Source: an uncultured Eubacteriales bacterium (GTDB lineage: Bacteria; Bacillota; Clostridia; Christensenellales; Aristaeellaceae). Taken from it: a stretch of DNA of 64,000 nucleotides. This document shows positions 35,960-45,125 of this stretch, one piece after another. The stretch is from positions 1,823-65,822 of the forward strand of contig CACWXP010000027.1 in assembly GCA_902764875.1 (NCBI GenBank), given 5' to 3'. The notes under the pieces are model-generated. The model ran no database searches, was not told where the DNA came from, and was given only the letters and a program-made list of their open reading frames with translations. A program made the translations under genes and the position numbers. How positions within the stretch are numbered: position 1 is the stretch's first letter; every line of letters starts with the position of its first letter.

Positions 35960-36928
35960 TTATGATTTGCATTTCCACAATGCCATCGGATGCTCGATAA
36001 TTCGCTCTATAATGGACGGATCATCGAATAACAGTTCTGGTCGGTACTCTTTCTGACTGAATCGATTCATATATTCGATCTCTTCTTCAGTAGGAATCAT
36101 GAGCTTATGTATAAATTCTTTTGCGGCTTCTTTTCTGCCCTCCAGATCAAAAGTTTGCCTGCGTTCCTCCTGTTTCAGAACAGGGAACAGATCGCGACGG
36201 ATCTTCTGAAATGTTAGGTTATCAATGGAATCCGTTCCAAAAGATGAACTTATGATCTCCTGAGAGATGGAAGCATAGAAAATGATACTTTTCCGGATTA
36301 AATCGGTTTGTTCTGCAAACATGTTCCTGTCAATCATCTGATTGAAATCATATAAATCCCTTGCTGCCGATCGAGATAGAAGCGCGTTTGCCTTTGCTGC
36401 GAAAATCTCCATTGGATGAACTGTTATGACCGTTGAACCAGTGCCAAAGGCATCTGTTGCAAACGTTCTTGTCATCGGTTCAAACAGATGTGCCCTGAGT
36501 GAATAGTTTAACTCGATTTTGATCATATCCTGATTTCCCGCAGCGTTTGTATATGTAAAGTGAAACGCGTCGAGACTGTGGTGAATGCGCGATGCAGGAG
36601 AAAAAGCATATCCTTCTGATTCCATGTATGCCTTTATAGTCCCAGAAATAGTTTCTCGGGCCTGAAGCATATCTTCTCTCGGCAAATTCGGAACAAAGTC
36701 CATATCGATATCCACCGAAAGCCTGGGCAGTTCGAAAATGGTCAGGTTGATTGCCGTTCCGCCTTTCAAAAGAAGATGTGCCCTCAGGAATTCGTGTGCG
36801 TTCATCCAGTCGAGAATTGCTTTCAGTCGTAACACTTTTTCAAACGTATCTCTTGTGAAATGCTGATTCCGTGCTGCAATTTCCAGATCATTCCGATTAT
36901 ACTGCGGCATTGATTGAGTCCTCCCCAT
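35960..36928 (-). CDS. AbiEii/AbiGii-family nucleotidyltransferase toxin (type IV TA / abortive infection)
   Basis: LLKGGTAINL and SVDIDMDF nucleotidyltransferase motifs with DUF1814-like architecture. Overlaps the upstream AbiEi gene. The true start may be Met 36910. Confidence 0.85.
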   Translation of the reverse strand: MGRTQSMPQYNRNDLEIAARNQHFTRDTFEKVLRLKAILDWMNAHEFLRAHLLLKGGTAINLTIFELPRLSVDIDMDFVPNLPREDMLQARETISGTIKAYMESEGYAFSPASRIHHSLDAFHFTYTNAAGNQDMIKIELNYSLRAHLFEPMTRTFATDAFGTGSTVITVHPMEIFAAKANALLSRSAARDLYDFNQMIDRNMFAEQTDLIRKSIIFYASISQEIISSSFGTDSIDNLTFQKIRRDLFPVLKQEERRQTFDLEGRKEAAKEFIHKLMIPTEEEIEYMNRFSQKEYRPELLFDDPSIIERIIEHPMALWKCKS

Positions 36929-37667
36929 TCTTCATATACAGCAAATCCGAAGGAACTACCAGATTCCATTCACCGATGTAAACACCTTTCGTCATATCTG
37001 CAGTCAGGTACCGCTTGCTTTTCCCAATGTGTTCCCGGCAGGCAGAGAAGAAATGATCTGTTAGTCCCAGCGTATTCCGACAGCGCCATAGGAGATAACC
37101 AGATTTCTGATATAGAAACTGGTTCTTATACAACGATAGGTAATGTAGTATCTTGTTTTCACTGACATTGCTCAAACTGTCAATGATGGCAACTGTTTCT
37201 TCAATACCGCCGATCCTATCCATGTCCTTTATACAATCGGTCAGAGTGCGTTCTCGATCCGTAATCCTGATTCCTCCACTGAAGGCTGGCGTTTCAACAC
37301 CTTCATCCAGATTTGGCTTTACATAATGGTATGTGTATCCATCAAATTCAAAGTTCCGGAATTTGGTTTTTGAGGAAACGTATACATCATAGAACACCTG
37401 ATCGGACACACCGTAGTACTCCATCGCTGTATGGTGAGATATATAAGAAGTATCGCTTATTGCGCTTGCGATCTGGAAACGATTTGCCACAGGTCCCCCG
37501 TTTTCAGCGCTGATACAGGTATACAGATTACTCCGAATTTTCAGAACCTTGGAAGTTGCTATCATTCTTTTTACGGCTGAACGGGCACTGTTCATGTTGT
37601 TGTAAAAGAGATTAACATCTTCGATGGTAAACACGGGATGCTTTGCCATCTCAAAATATATGTCCAT
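36897..37667 (-). CDS. AbiEi-family antitoxin/transcriptional regulator
   Basis: N-terminal winged-helix-like region (FTIEDVNLFYNNMNSARSAVKRMIATSKVLKIRSNLY) and a C-terminal AbiEi_4-like domain. Gene order AbiEi then AbiEii. Confidence 0.85.
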   Translation of the reverse strand: MDIYFEMAKHPVFTIEDVNLFYNNMNSARSAVKRMIATSKVLKIRSNLYTCISAENGGPVANRFQIASAISDTSYISHHTAMEYYGVSDQVFYDVYVSSKTKFRNFEFDGYTYHYVKPNLDEGVETPAFSGGIRITDRERTLTDCIKDMDRIGGIEETVAIIDSLSNVSENKILHYLSLYKNQFLYQKSGYLLWRCRNTLGLTDHFFSACREHIGKSKRYLTADMTKGVYIGEWNLVVPSDLLYMKNGEDSINAAV

Positions 37668-37740
37668 CTTCCAACACCTCCGAAGTTTAAATCATTCACA
37701 TAATAGCTTAAATACAAACCATACAGCATCTCGATTAAAC

Positions 37741-37769
37741 ATTCTAGGCATTTTTTCAGATTCTGTCAA
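37741..37769 (-). promoter_or_regulatory. Promoter of the abiE operon
   Basis: Minus strand: TTGACA, 17 nt, TAGAAT, about 70 nt upstream of the AbiEi ATG. Confidence 0.6.
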
Positions 37770-38092
37770 GTTTGAATTGTGAGCAATATGGTCACAAAAT
37801 AAACTAAATTGAATCAATAATAAACAGCGCGCCTTAATGCCGTCAATTTATAAAGATCAGAAACCTCATTTCCGATGGAGATGTAAAGCTCAGGATCCTT
37901 TAATTCTTTTCTTCACAGCTCCTTTTTACCAATTGTAACAATTCCCCTGTCTGATAGGAATTTCCAGGTTGATGAAAGAAATATCTACCCAGTATCGTTG
38001 ATTATTTTGTAGGCGATACTCTCAGAAGCATATAATGAGATGCGGCAGGATTATTCATATGGCTCAGAGTGATATGTTGGAGGAATGGAACT

Positions 38093-39118
38093 GTGAAAAA
38101 AGCCATGTTGATCACTATTTTCGTTTTATCAATCCTGATCGGTATGATATGTGTTACAAATGCAGAAAACAATCAGCCTGAATTCCTGCAGAATCTGTTT
38201 CATGAATATTTTCCTGATTATTCCTATGAGGATGGTTATCTTCAGTATGATGAAACGGTGATATTCATCGGCCGGAAACCAGACGGCACCCTGATTTTGC
38301 AATGCGGTGCGTATGAGGGAGAAGATGGCTGGGAATGGGTGGAAAGTACCCCACTGCCGGAAGGAACCCGAATCGGAGATGAGAATATCACCGACGCGGT
38401 GAACATGAACGCCTGGAGGGGCGGAGCGGCAGTTGGCGTCCGAAGGATGGAAAGAGGCCGGTGGGGAGTATACTATGTGAACAGTTATGATTTCTATGTC
38501 GGTCCTGACTGGGTCGGTATGTACGGTGCTGAGACAGACGCGCAGTTTTTCGGAACCCATGCATGGGGAGATATCACAACAATCGACTGGTCGACGCTTC
38601 CCCCGGAAGAGTATATTGACAGAGAAACAAAAGAAGAAAGAAACGCGCGGATCAGCGCATATGTAGACCGAACCAATTGGGCAACGCCCGCGCACAGCGA
38701 TCCTGAAACAACAACGGAACTACTGAGTGAAGCGGGAAACGAGGATACAGTTCTCGGAAGATTCTATGACGGAACGCCTCTGTTTATTCTCGAACAGGGA
38801 GAAGAATGGACAAAGGTAAAAATCGGTCATGGAGAAGATATCGGTGTGATGACCGGCTGGATGCGGACTCAGGATTTGATCTTCGGGGACGATACTCTGC
38901 ATGTGGAGCGGGAAGCAATTCGGATCAGAAGCGAGCAGGTACTGATTCCCGCGGCGGAGACATTTATCGGTTCCCGGGCCGGTCAGATAACGGATGAACA
39001 GTTCAACAGTTGCTTGGTTATCGGAGAAACAGATCAAGGGCTTGTAATTGCATATTATCTGCCAGATGGAGATGTCGGTATGATACCGATGTCAAGTCTT
39101 GGAAATGGGAATGGATAG
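38093..39118 (+). CDS. Secreted protein with SH3b-like domain, C-terminal ...LGNGNG
   Basis: GTG 38093 lies 7 nt after GGAGGAA. Signal peptide KKAMLITIFVLSILIGMICVTNA. SH3b-like stretch GRFYDGTPLFILEQGEEWTKVKIGHGEDIGVMTGWMRTQDL. Ends in GNG. Confidence 0.6.
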   Translation: MKKAMLITIFVLSILIGMICVTNAENNQPEFLQNLFHEYFPDYSYEDGYLQYDETVIFIGRKPDGTLILQCGAYEGEDGWEWVESTPLPEGTRIGDENITDAVNMNAWRGGAAVGVRRMERGRWGVYYVNSYDFYVGPDWVGMYGAETDAQFFGTHAWGDITTIDWSTLPPEEYIDRETKEERNARISAYVDRTNWATPAHSDPETTTELLSEAGNEDTVLGRFYDGTPLFILEQGEEWTKVKIGHGEDIGVMTGWMRTQDLIFGDDTLHVEREAIRIRSEQVLIPAAETFIGSRAGQITDEQFNSCLVIGETDQGLVIAYYLPDGDVGMIPMSSLGNGNG

Positions 39119-39183
39119 GCTGACTTATGGCTCTATGGAGTTTTGAACTCTGCAGAGCCTTTTTATTTTGCTTCAGAAAACAA

Positions 39184-39235
39184 TTGACAAAAAAAGTAGA
39201 CGTGCGTATACTAACCAATGTAGACGTACGTCAAC
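39184..39235 (+). promoter_or_regulatory. blaI/blaR1 promoter with two dyad operator-like repeats
   Basis: TTGACA (39184-39189), 17 nt, TATACT (39207-39212). GTAGACGTGCGTATAC (39196-39211, overlapping the -10) and GTAGACGTACGTCAAC (39220-39235) are both imperfect palindromes of form GTAnACGnnCGTnnAC. Confidence 0.6.
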
Positions 39236-39258
39236 TAATTTCGCTGGAGGGATGACTA

Positions 39259-39627
39259 ATGTCTGTACAAGTAACGGAAGCTGAATGGAAGATCATGGAA
39301 TGTCTGTGGGATCATGCTCCTCAGACCATGGGAGAGATCACGGCAACATTGGAACCGACAACTGGCTGGACTCGCCAGACAGTTATTACTTTGCTGAAGA
39401 GAATGACTGAAAAAGGCGCAGTCAGCATGGACGATTCCGGACGGGCCAAGAAGTACGTTCCCCTGATTACCAGAGAGGAAGCTTCCACCGTGGAAACCCA
39501 TAAATTCCTGGATCATGTCTTTAAAGGAAAGGCATCCCTGCTGGTTAACCATCTGGTGGATTCCGGCGATCTTTCTGCGAATGATCTTCAGCAAATCCTG
39601 GATATCATGCGCGGAGAGAAAAAGTAA
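39259..39627 (+). CDS. BlaI/MecI/CopY-family transcriptional repressor
   Basis: 122 aa. EAEWKIMECLWDHAPQTMGEITATL...WTRQTVITLLKRMTEKGAV is typical of the penicillinase-repressor winged helix. Confidence 0.9.
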   Translation: MSVQVTEAEWKIMECLWDHAPQTMGEITATLEPTTGWTRQTVITLLKRMTEKGAVSMDDSGRAKKYVPLITREEASTVETHKFLDHVFKGKASLLVNHLVDSGDLSANDLQQILDIMRGEKK

Positions 39628-39686
39628 TCCGAGACGTAAGAAAAACATCTCCTGAATCGTCTGTTTTATGGGAGGTTTGTTAAGCT

Positions 39687-41348
39687 ATGCGTTCAGCATT
39701 GATTTATAATTTTCTGATCGAAGCCAATATCATGGCTTCCATCGCGATTCTGCTGATGATTCCGCTCCGAAAATTATTTCGGAAACAACTAGGAAATAGT
39801 GCCATCTGCTTTGGATGGCTCCTTGTTGCGATCCGGCTGCTATGCCCGCTGTCTTTGCCGAATCCGTTTATCCGAGAGATCCGTCCAGCTTTTCTGAGTG
39901 ATGAAACGATCCGGCCGATCGCTGGGCAGATCAAGGTACGCCTCGTTGACGCGATAGGCGATGTGGGGAGGCTATTCTGGCAGGCAGGAAACAAAGAAGG
40001 ATACAGCCGGATGCAGGCGGCTGCAGACGGTGTGGACTATAACGGCTATCCGCAGACCATTGCCTGGATTATCCTGATTGGCGCTGCGTGCGTTCTGCTC
40101 TGGTTCGGCTTCAGTAACATCCGTTTCCGGAAAAAGCTTCGGGCAGGCAGAATTGAAGAAATATCAGGTGGACTGAAGGAAATGTATCTCAACATATGCA
40201 AGGAGCGGAAGGTCAGACCGGTTCCGGTTTACTTCACGGATCCTGTTCCCGGCGCCTGTCTGGTAGGCGTTTTCCGTCCGTTTATCGTCCTGCCAGTAAT
40301 TACAGCCCCGGAGGATGTCAAAAATGTGTTGACACATGAAATCTGCCATCTGAAAAACAGGGATCATATCTGGAACATTCTGCGGATGCTTTGCTGCGCA
40401 ATTCACTGGTTTAATCCGCTTGTCTGGCTGGCAGCATCTATGAGCAGGACAGACAGCGAACTGCGTTGCGATGACCGTGTGACAGAGGCAATGGACGAAC
40501 AGGAACGAAAAGACTATGCCAATGTACTTGTGTATGCAGCGGCACGAAAAAGCATGCCCGGTATCGGTGTGATGGCGACCGGGATGACGATGACCGGGAA
40601 ACGACTGAAAAACCGGGTGTTGGGAGTTATACAGAACAGGAAACCTATCCGTGCCTTTGCCTTTGTGTTCATGGCTGTTGCCTTTACATGCCTTGTAGGC
40701 GCTTTCGCAACTTCCGAAACCGGACTGACCTGGCTGACCAGTTTTCCGAATAACTACGAAGCCAACGACTGGACGCTTGATCAGGAAATGCTGCAATATT
40801 ACGCGGAAGACCGAGAAGCGCTGGATTCTTTCGGGGTCGGTGTATGGGAAAGCGCAAGCCTGAAAGAAAACAGTTCTCATACCCCATTTTCATTGAAAAG
40901 CAATGACGAAGGCACTGAATGGATCATGACAGACAGCGGTGGAGAACTGATTCTGGTATATGATGGCCAGGGAACGCTGATCAGCCTGCTGAACAATAAA
41001 AGCGGTGTGGACGACAGTACCATCATACCGCTGACGGCTCTGGACACACCAATGGAAAAAATGACTGAATTGTATCCGGACCAGATCGATGAGATCGTCG
41101 GAGAATATGTATCCCATTTTCTCTACAGTTTCCGACCGGACCTGATTTCTGGGAGTAATTATGTGCAGCTGCTCGAACAGTGGAAACACGGAAGTAATTG
41201 GTTTGCTGTATTTGCGCTTCGCCGGACGGTTATGGATGTGCATGAGGACCAGTATCTGGCTATGATTGAGCTGCAGATGTATCCGGAAATCAGGGTCGTG
41301 AGAATGACTACTGTGCAGGATCAGATGAAGAATCCAGGCAATGGATAA
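39687..41348 (+). CDS. BlaR1/MecR1-like M56 metalloprotease signal transducer with non-PBP sensor domain
   Basis: N-terminal TM bundle with HEICHLKNRDH (HEXXH). The C-terminal 220 aa lack any SxxK penicillin-binding motif and end ...QMKNPGNG. Confidence 0.85.
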   Translation: MRSALIYNFLIEANIMASIAILLMIPLRKLFRKQLGNSAICFGWLLVAIRLLCPLSLPNPFIREIRPAFLSDETIRPIAGQIKVRLVDAIGDVGRLFWQAGNKEGYSRMQAAADGVDYNGYPQTIAWIILIGAACVLLWFGFSNIRFRKKLRAGRIEEISGGLKEMYLNICKERKVRPVPVYFTDPVPGACLVGVFRPFIVLPVITAPEDVKNVLTHEICHLKNRDHIWNILRMLCCAIHWFNPLVWLAASMSRTDSELRCDDRVTEAMDEQERKDYANVLVYAAARKSMPGIGVMATGMTMTGKRLKNRVLGVIQNRKPIRAFAFVFMAVAFTCLVGAFATSETGLTWLTSFPNNYEANDWTLDQEMLQYYAEDREALDSFGVGVWESASLKENSSHTPFSLKSNDEGTEWIMTDSGGELILVYDGQGTLISLLNNKSGVDDSTIIPLTALDTPMEKMTELYPDQIDEIVGEYVSHFLYSFRPDLISGSNYVQLLEQWKHGSNWFAVFALRRTVMDVHEDQYLAMIELQMYPEIRVVRMTTVQDQMKNPGNG

Positions 41349-41507
41349 ATATGAGGAGGATTACTCATGAATCGCGGCCCTTGTCGGCTGATTGACATAT
41401 TCGGAGATTTCGGCGAAGCATCCCAGGAGGATTTCACATGAAGCTATGATGCCCTTCTGCCAGGGGCTGGATGATCCGGCTTATACAATAACAATCGGAG
41501 ATGAGCA

Positions 41508-42110
41508 TTGAAAATGAAAAAACAGTATTTGATGATCCTTATTGTGCTTCTGGCTATTCTGTTAAGCTCAGTGGCTGCAGCAGACAATTTCTTTACAATG
41601 CACTGGGAACCAGGAGAATACAAAGTAACATTTTCGCCAGAAGAAGACAAACTGGTCGATGGAATTCTGGAGGAAGCTCGAAAAAAATCTGAGGGTACAA
41701 TCCAGCGTAAAGCTATAGATGGCTCCGAAAGCGTGGAAAATCAATATCAACGTTTCCTTGAAATGAGTCCGGACGGAGAACCAATGGAGAGTGTGACCCA
41801 CGACGATATCGGCACATATTATTATGCTGTTGGCTTGCCTGATAAACAATCCATTACAAAGGATGAAGCATGGAAAATTCTGGTGAAATTCCTCCTTGAT
41901 CAGGAGATTGCAAAGCCAGACATTCTCGCTCATTATTATCCGCAGGTTTCCTATGAAACAGGAAACGATCCGGAAAATCCTGTCTGGAGAATCCTGCTGA
42001 TCTGTTATGACTATCAGGAATCCGGACTACCCTTTACGAAATATGAAGTATTCGTATATGCGCATGACGGAAGCATCTGTGGGTATCGTGATATCGACCC
42101 GGTTGGCTAA
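41508..42110 (+). CDS. Secreted hypothetical protein, PepSY-like C-terminus (...YRDIDPVG)
   Basis: Signal peptide KKQYLMILIVLLAILLSSVAAA. C-terminal ITKDEAWKILVKFLL...YEVFVYAHDGSICGYRDIDPVG resembles PepSY-type folds. TTG 41508 or ATG 41514. Confidence 0.5.
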   Translation: MKMKKQYLMILIVLLAILLSSVAAADNFFTMHWEPGEYKVTFSPEEDKLVDGILEEARKKSEGTIQRKAIDGSESVENQYQRFLEMSPDGEPMESVTHDDIGTYYYAVGLPDKQSITKDEAWKILVKFLLDQEIAKPDILAHYYPQVSYETGNDPENPVWRILLICYDYQESGLPFTKYEVFVYAHDGSICGYRDIDPVG

Positions 42111-42130
42111 GAGAAACGGAGGGAATCAAC

Positions 42131-42976
42131 ATGAGAATAAAAACCTGCATCGTTGTTCTTTTGACAGCACTTCTTGTTATGTCTGCGTCCTCAGCAGAGG
42201 AATTAACCGTATCCGGCAGAGTGAATGCCGTTATGTACGCAGACAAGGCCCTGGAGGAGCATTTTGGTATTACTCTGCTTTTGCAGGACTACTTTCTCCG
42301 GACGGTGGAAGAGAAGGAGGATAACGTTTTTATTGTCAGATATGAAGGCATAGAAAACTATGCGTATGTATTGGGACGATATGAAGTCACTGTAGACAGA
42401 AATCATGTGACAGGTATTACATGGAGCCATGACGGTGAAGATACTTCCGGAGGCTTTGAAGCAGAAGCCTGGGGTGCGGAACAGATCATGGAAATGCTGC
42501 GCCTGAATCAGGAAGCAGGAACAACGGAACCATTCGATGCCAGAATTAACGAGATCGGCAGGAAGCACGGCTTTGTCTATGTACCGAATATCCTTAGTGA
42601 CGAAGAAAACGAAAGAAAAATGGCCCGAATTGAAAAAAACCGCGAAAAAGCACGAAACCTCTCATCCCTGTCTATTGAAGAAATGACGGAGATTGGCCGG
42701 CGTGCAGTCGCGTCACTTTACGGGTTATCACCGGAGAGAGAACGGGCTCTTGAATCTGTTGTTGATGAAGAGGAGTTGCCCCTTTGGTATACGATATTTG
42801 AAGGTGAACCTTGTTATCAGGTATGCCTCGGACTTGACGACAAGGAAGAAGATGATGTTCTTCCCAACGGATTAAGATATACAGAAAAAGAAGGAAACTA
42901 CTGGATTTATATCAACTCTCAGACTGGCGTAGTTGAGGATATACATTACAGCCCCGCTATCGGTGGGAACGGTTGA
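42131..42976 (+). CDS. Secreted hypothetical protein, PepSY-like C-terminus (...AIGGNG)
   Basis: Signal peptide MRIKTCIVVLLTALLVMSASSA. C-terminus YWIYINSQTGVVEDIHYSPAIGGNG. Confidence 0.5.
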   Translation: MRIKTCIVVLLTALLVMSASSAEELTVSGRVNAVMYADKALEEHFGITLLLQDYFLRTVEEKEDNVFIVRYEGIENYAYVLGRYEVTVDRNHVTGITWSHDGEDTSGGFEAEAWGAEQIMEMLRLNQEAGTTEPFDARINEIGRKHGFVYVPNILSDEENERKMARIEKNREKARNLSSLSIEEMTEIGRRAVASLYGLSPERERALESVVDEEELPLWYTIFEGEPCYQVCLGLDDKEEDDVLPNGLRYTEKEGNYWIYINSQTGVVEDIHYSPAIGGNG

Positions 42977-43019
42977 CAAACCGAAAGAAAATGAAAGGAG
43001 CCGGTTTTCCCGGAATAAC

Positions 43020-44465
43020 ATGAAAAAGATCATTGCTTCAATATTGTTGATTGTGATGGCTTTATGCCTGACTTTGACAGCCTTTGCAGACAGCTCGCTT
43101 CGTTTATTTTATGATTCGGCAATGGAACTGCTGTTTGAGACGCAAAACGTCACATTGACCGGACATGCTGAGTTTTCGCTTGATGGAGAACGTTTCAAAA
43201 CGGCTGATCTTAAATATATTCAGTGTTACAACAATTCCCTGCTTCAGTATCATCTGCTGACGCCGAGACGGGACGGCTCAGAAGGCCCAGACCGGGAATC
43301 AGGGTATACCATTATCGCCAATACTGAAAATGTCTATGTTATGGAAGTGATCCATCCCGGCATATACAAAACCGGGAGCACCTATGCCCAGAGTACGATT
43401 CTGAGAAAAACAGTACAGATGAATCTGATTACCGATATGATCAGGATTCTTATTGATCAGGCTGATACTCTTCTGGGGACAGATGCCATTACAATTCAAC
43501 CCTGCGAAACAGGTGGAAAAGAACTCCGGATTAAACTTGGTGAAAATGTCCCGGACATCGTAAATACAGCATTGAATCTGGTTTATCAGTTTGCTGCAAA
43601 AAGATACTTTGACACGGATTATGATCAGGTTTCAGAACGGATGATGGTTCCGATGGAAAACGCCATGACTGTTATGCAGGGGATTCTCGGAAATACAAAG
43701 TCCTTATCTCTGAAAGAAGCAAACGTTTCAGCAATAAGGAGTGATGCGGGAAACCTGGAGCAAATCAAAGGAACTGTCACTTTGAATCTGAATACCGGAA
43801 AGGATGGAACAAGGCAGTTGGATATAACATTCCAACTGGATGTATCCGATCTGGATGGAAGCCATGTGGGTTCATTTGATCCGGAAGCATATGCTGTCAA
43901 ACTGTCCGATGGCTATTCCCGACCAGAGACTGTTATAAGTACCATGGATCCGGATACGGAAAAGAGATTTCTGGAGATGGCAAAGACAAGATTCTGGCTT
44001 GCCGGTTATACGGTGGATGAAACGATGGTTGGATCCGCCAGAATTGAAAGTAATAATCCAAACTATGAAGGCGAACGAATCTATGTTGATTATATAAATG
44101 AGGATCATTCTGCACACTGGACATATTTTACTGATTCACTGGGAAGAATGCTTGGCCTGCAAAACTTGACCGGTGCATGGCAGGGTAACTATGATGACCG
44201 GCATAAAGGACAGTATCCGGATCAGAAACTGATAAAGGAGTCAGAAGAAAAGCTGCTCAGTTATCTGGCAGAAGAAAACCCGGAATTAAGCGCGGATGTT
44301 CTTTCACTGGAAACGGACTGGTGGTATCAGAATGGCGATGAGCTGTATCTCCATTTCTGGGAAGGCGAAGAACCTGTAGATCACGAATGGGATGAGGTGG
44401 ATTTCATCGTTCGTGTTGCTCCTGAATGGAGAATTGAATTCTTCAGTTGTATTGGAAATGGATAA
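43020..44465 (+). CDS. Secreted hypothetical protein (...FFSCIGNG)
   Basis: Signal peptide MKKIIASILLIVMALCLTLTAFA at ATG 43020 (the track start 42933 overlaps the previous gene). Ends in GNG. Confidence 0.5.
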   Translation: MKKIIASILLIVMALCLTLTAFADSSLRLFYDSAMELLFETQNVTLTGHAEFSLDGERFKTADLKYIQCYNNSLLQYHLLTPRRDGSEGPDRESGYTIIANTENVYVMEVIHPGIYKTGSTYAQSTILRKTVQMNLITDMIRILIDQADTLLGTDAITIQPCETGGKELRIKLGENVPDIVNTALNLVYQFAAKRYFDTDYDQVSERMMVPMENAMTVMQGILGNTKSLSLKEANVSAIRSDAGNLEQIKGTVTLNLNTGKDGTRQLDITFQLDVSDLDGSHVGSFDPEAYAVKLSDGYSRPETVISTMDPDTEKRFLEMAKTRFWLAGYTVDETMVGSARIESNNPNYEGERIYVDYINEDHSAHWTYFTDSLGRMLGLQNLTGAWQGNYDDRHKGQYPDQKLIKESEEKLLSYLAEENPELSADVLSLETDWWYQNGDELYLHFWEGEEPVDHEWDEVDFIVRVAPEWRIEFFSCIGNG

Positions 44466-44606
44466 TTGTTTCGGAGGACTTACCTCTCCTTTTCCGGCTG
44501 TGATAACCATGGCCGGAACGTTTTTATGGATCTGCAAAAAGATAGCTTTGAAATGAAATATTTCTTTCCGCTCGTCAGTCTGTATTAGCGAAGGGGGTGA
44601 GAACAC

Positions 44607-45125
44607 ATGAGCAATGTCAAGGGCCCTGACGAAGCTCAAAACCCAAATTTTGAAGATCTAGTAGCGCAGTATCAGGGATCTGTATTGCGGATGTGTTTCC
44701 TCTACCTGTGCGACAAGACACTGGCTGAGGACGCTGTGCAGGAAACGTTTGTGAAGGTATACAGGGGATTGAATGGTTTTCATGGTCAGAGCAGCATTAA
44801 GACCTGGATCATGAAAATTGCCATTCATACCTGCTACGATATGAATCATTCCGGATGGTTCCGGCATTTTGACCGCCGGATCACACCGGAGATGCTGCCT
44901 GAAGCGTCAGTTCCGTTTGAGGAAAAAGACGAAGAACTGATCACAGCCGTCATGCGGCTCCCGATCAAACTGCGCGAAGTGATTCTGCTGTTTTACTATC
45001 AGGGATTCAGCATACAGGAAATCATGGATTCGCTGGGCATGTCCCAGTCAACCGTCACGGGACGGTTGAAACGGGGAAGAGACAAACTTCGCGGACTACT
45101 GGAAAGGAGGGATTCCGATGCGTGA
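44607..45125 (+). CDS. ECF-type sigma-70 family sigma factor (pair 2)
   Basis: Region 2 (VLRMCFLYLCDKTLAEDAVQETFVKVY...IKTWIMKIAIHTCYD) and region 4 (REVILLFYYQGFSIQEIMDSLGMSQSTVTGRLKRGRDKL). Paralogous to the sigma at 49796-50299 (shared GWFRHxDRRITPExLPE). Confidence 0.9.
   Translation: MSNVKGPDEAQNPNFEDLVAQYQGSVLRMCFLYLCDKTLAEDAVQETFVKVYRGLNGFHGQSSIKTWIMKIAIHTCYDMNHSGWFRHFDRRITPEMLPEASVPFEEKDEELITAVMRLPIKLREVILLFYYQGFSIQEIMDSLGMSQSTVTGRLKRGRDKLRGLLERRDSDA

Noticed and set aside
42933-43019. Upstream extension of the 510-aa ORF (MRIYITAPLSVGT...).
   Set aside because: It overlaps the end of the previous gene and lacks a signal peptide. Met 43020 begins a canonical signal peptide.
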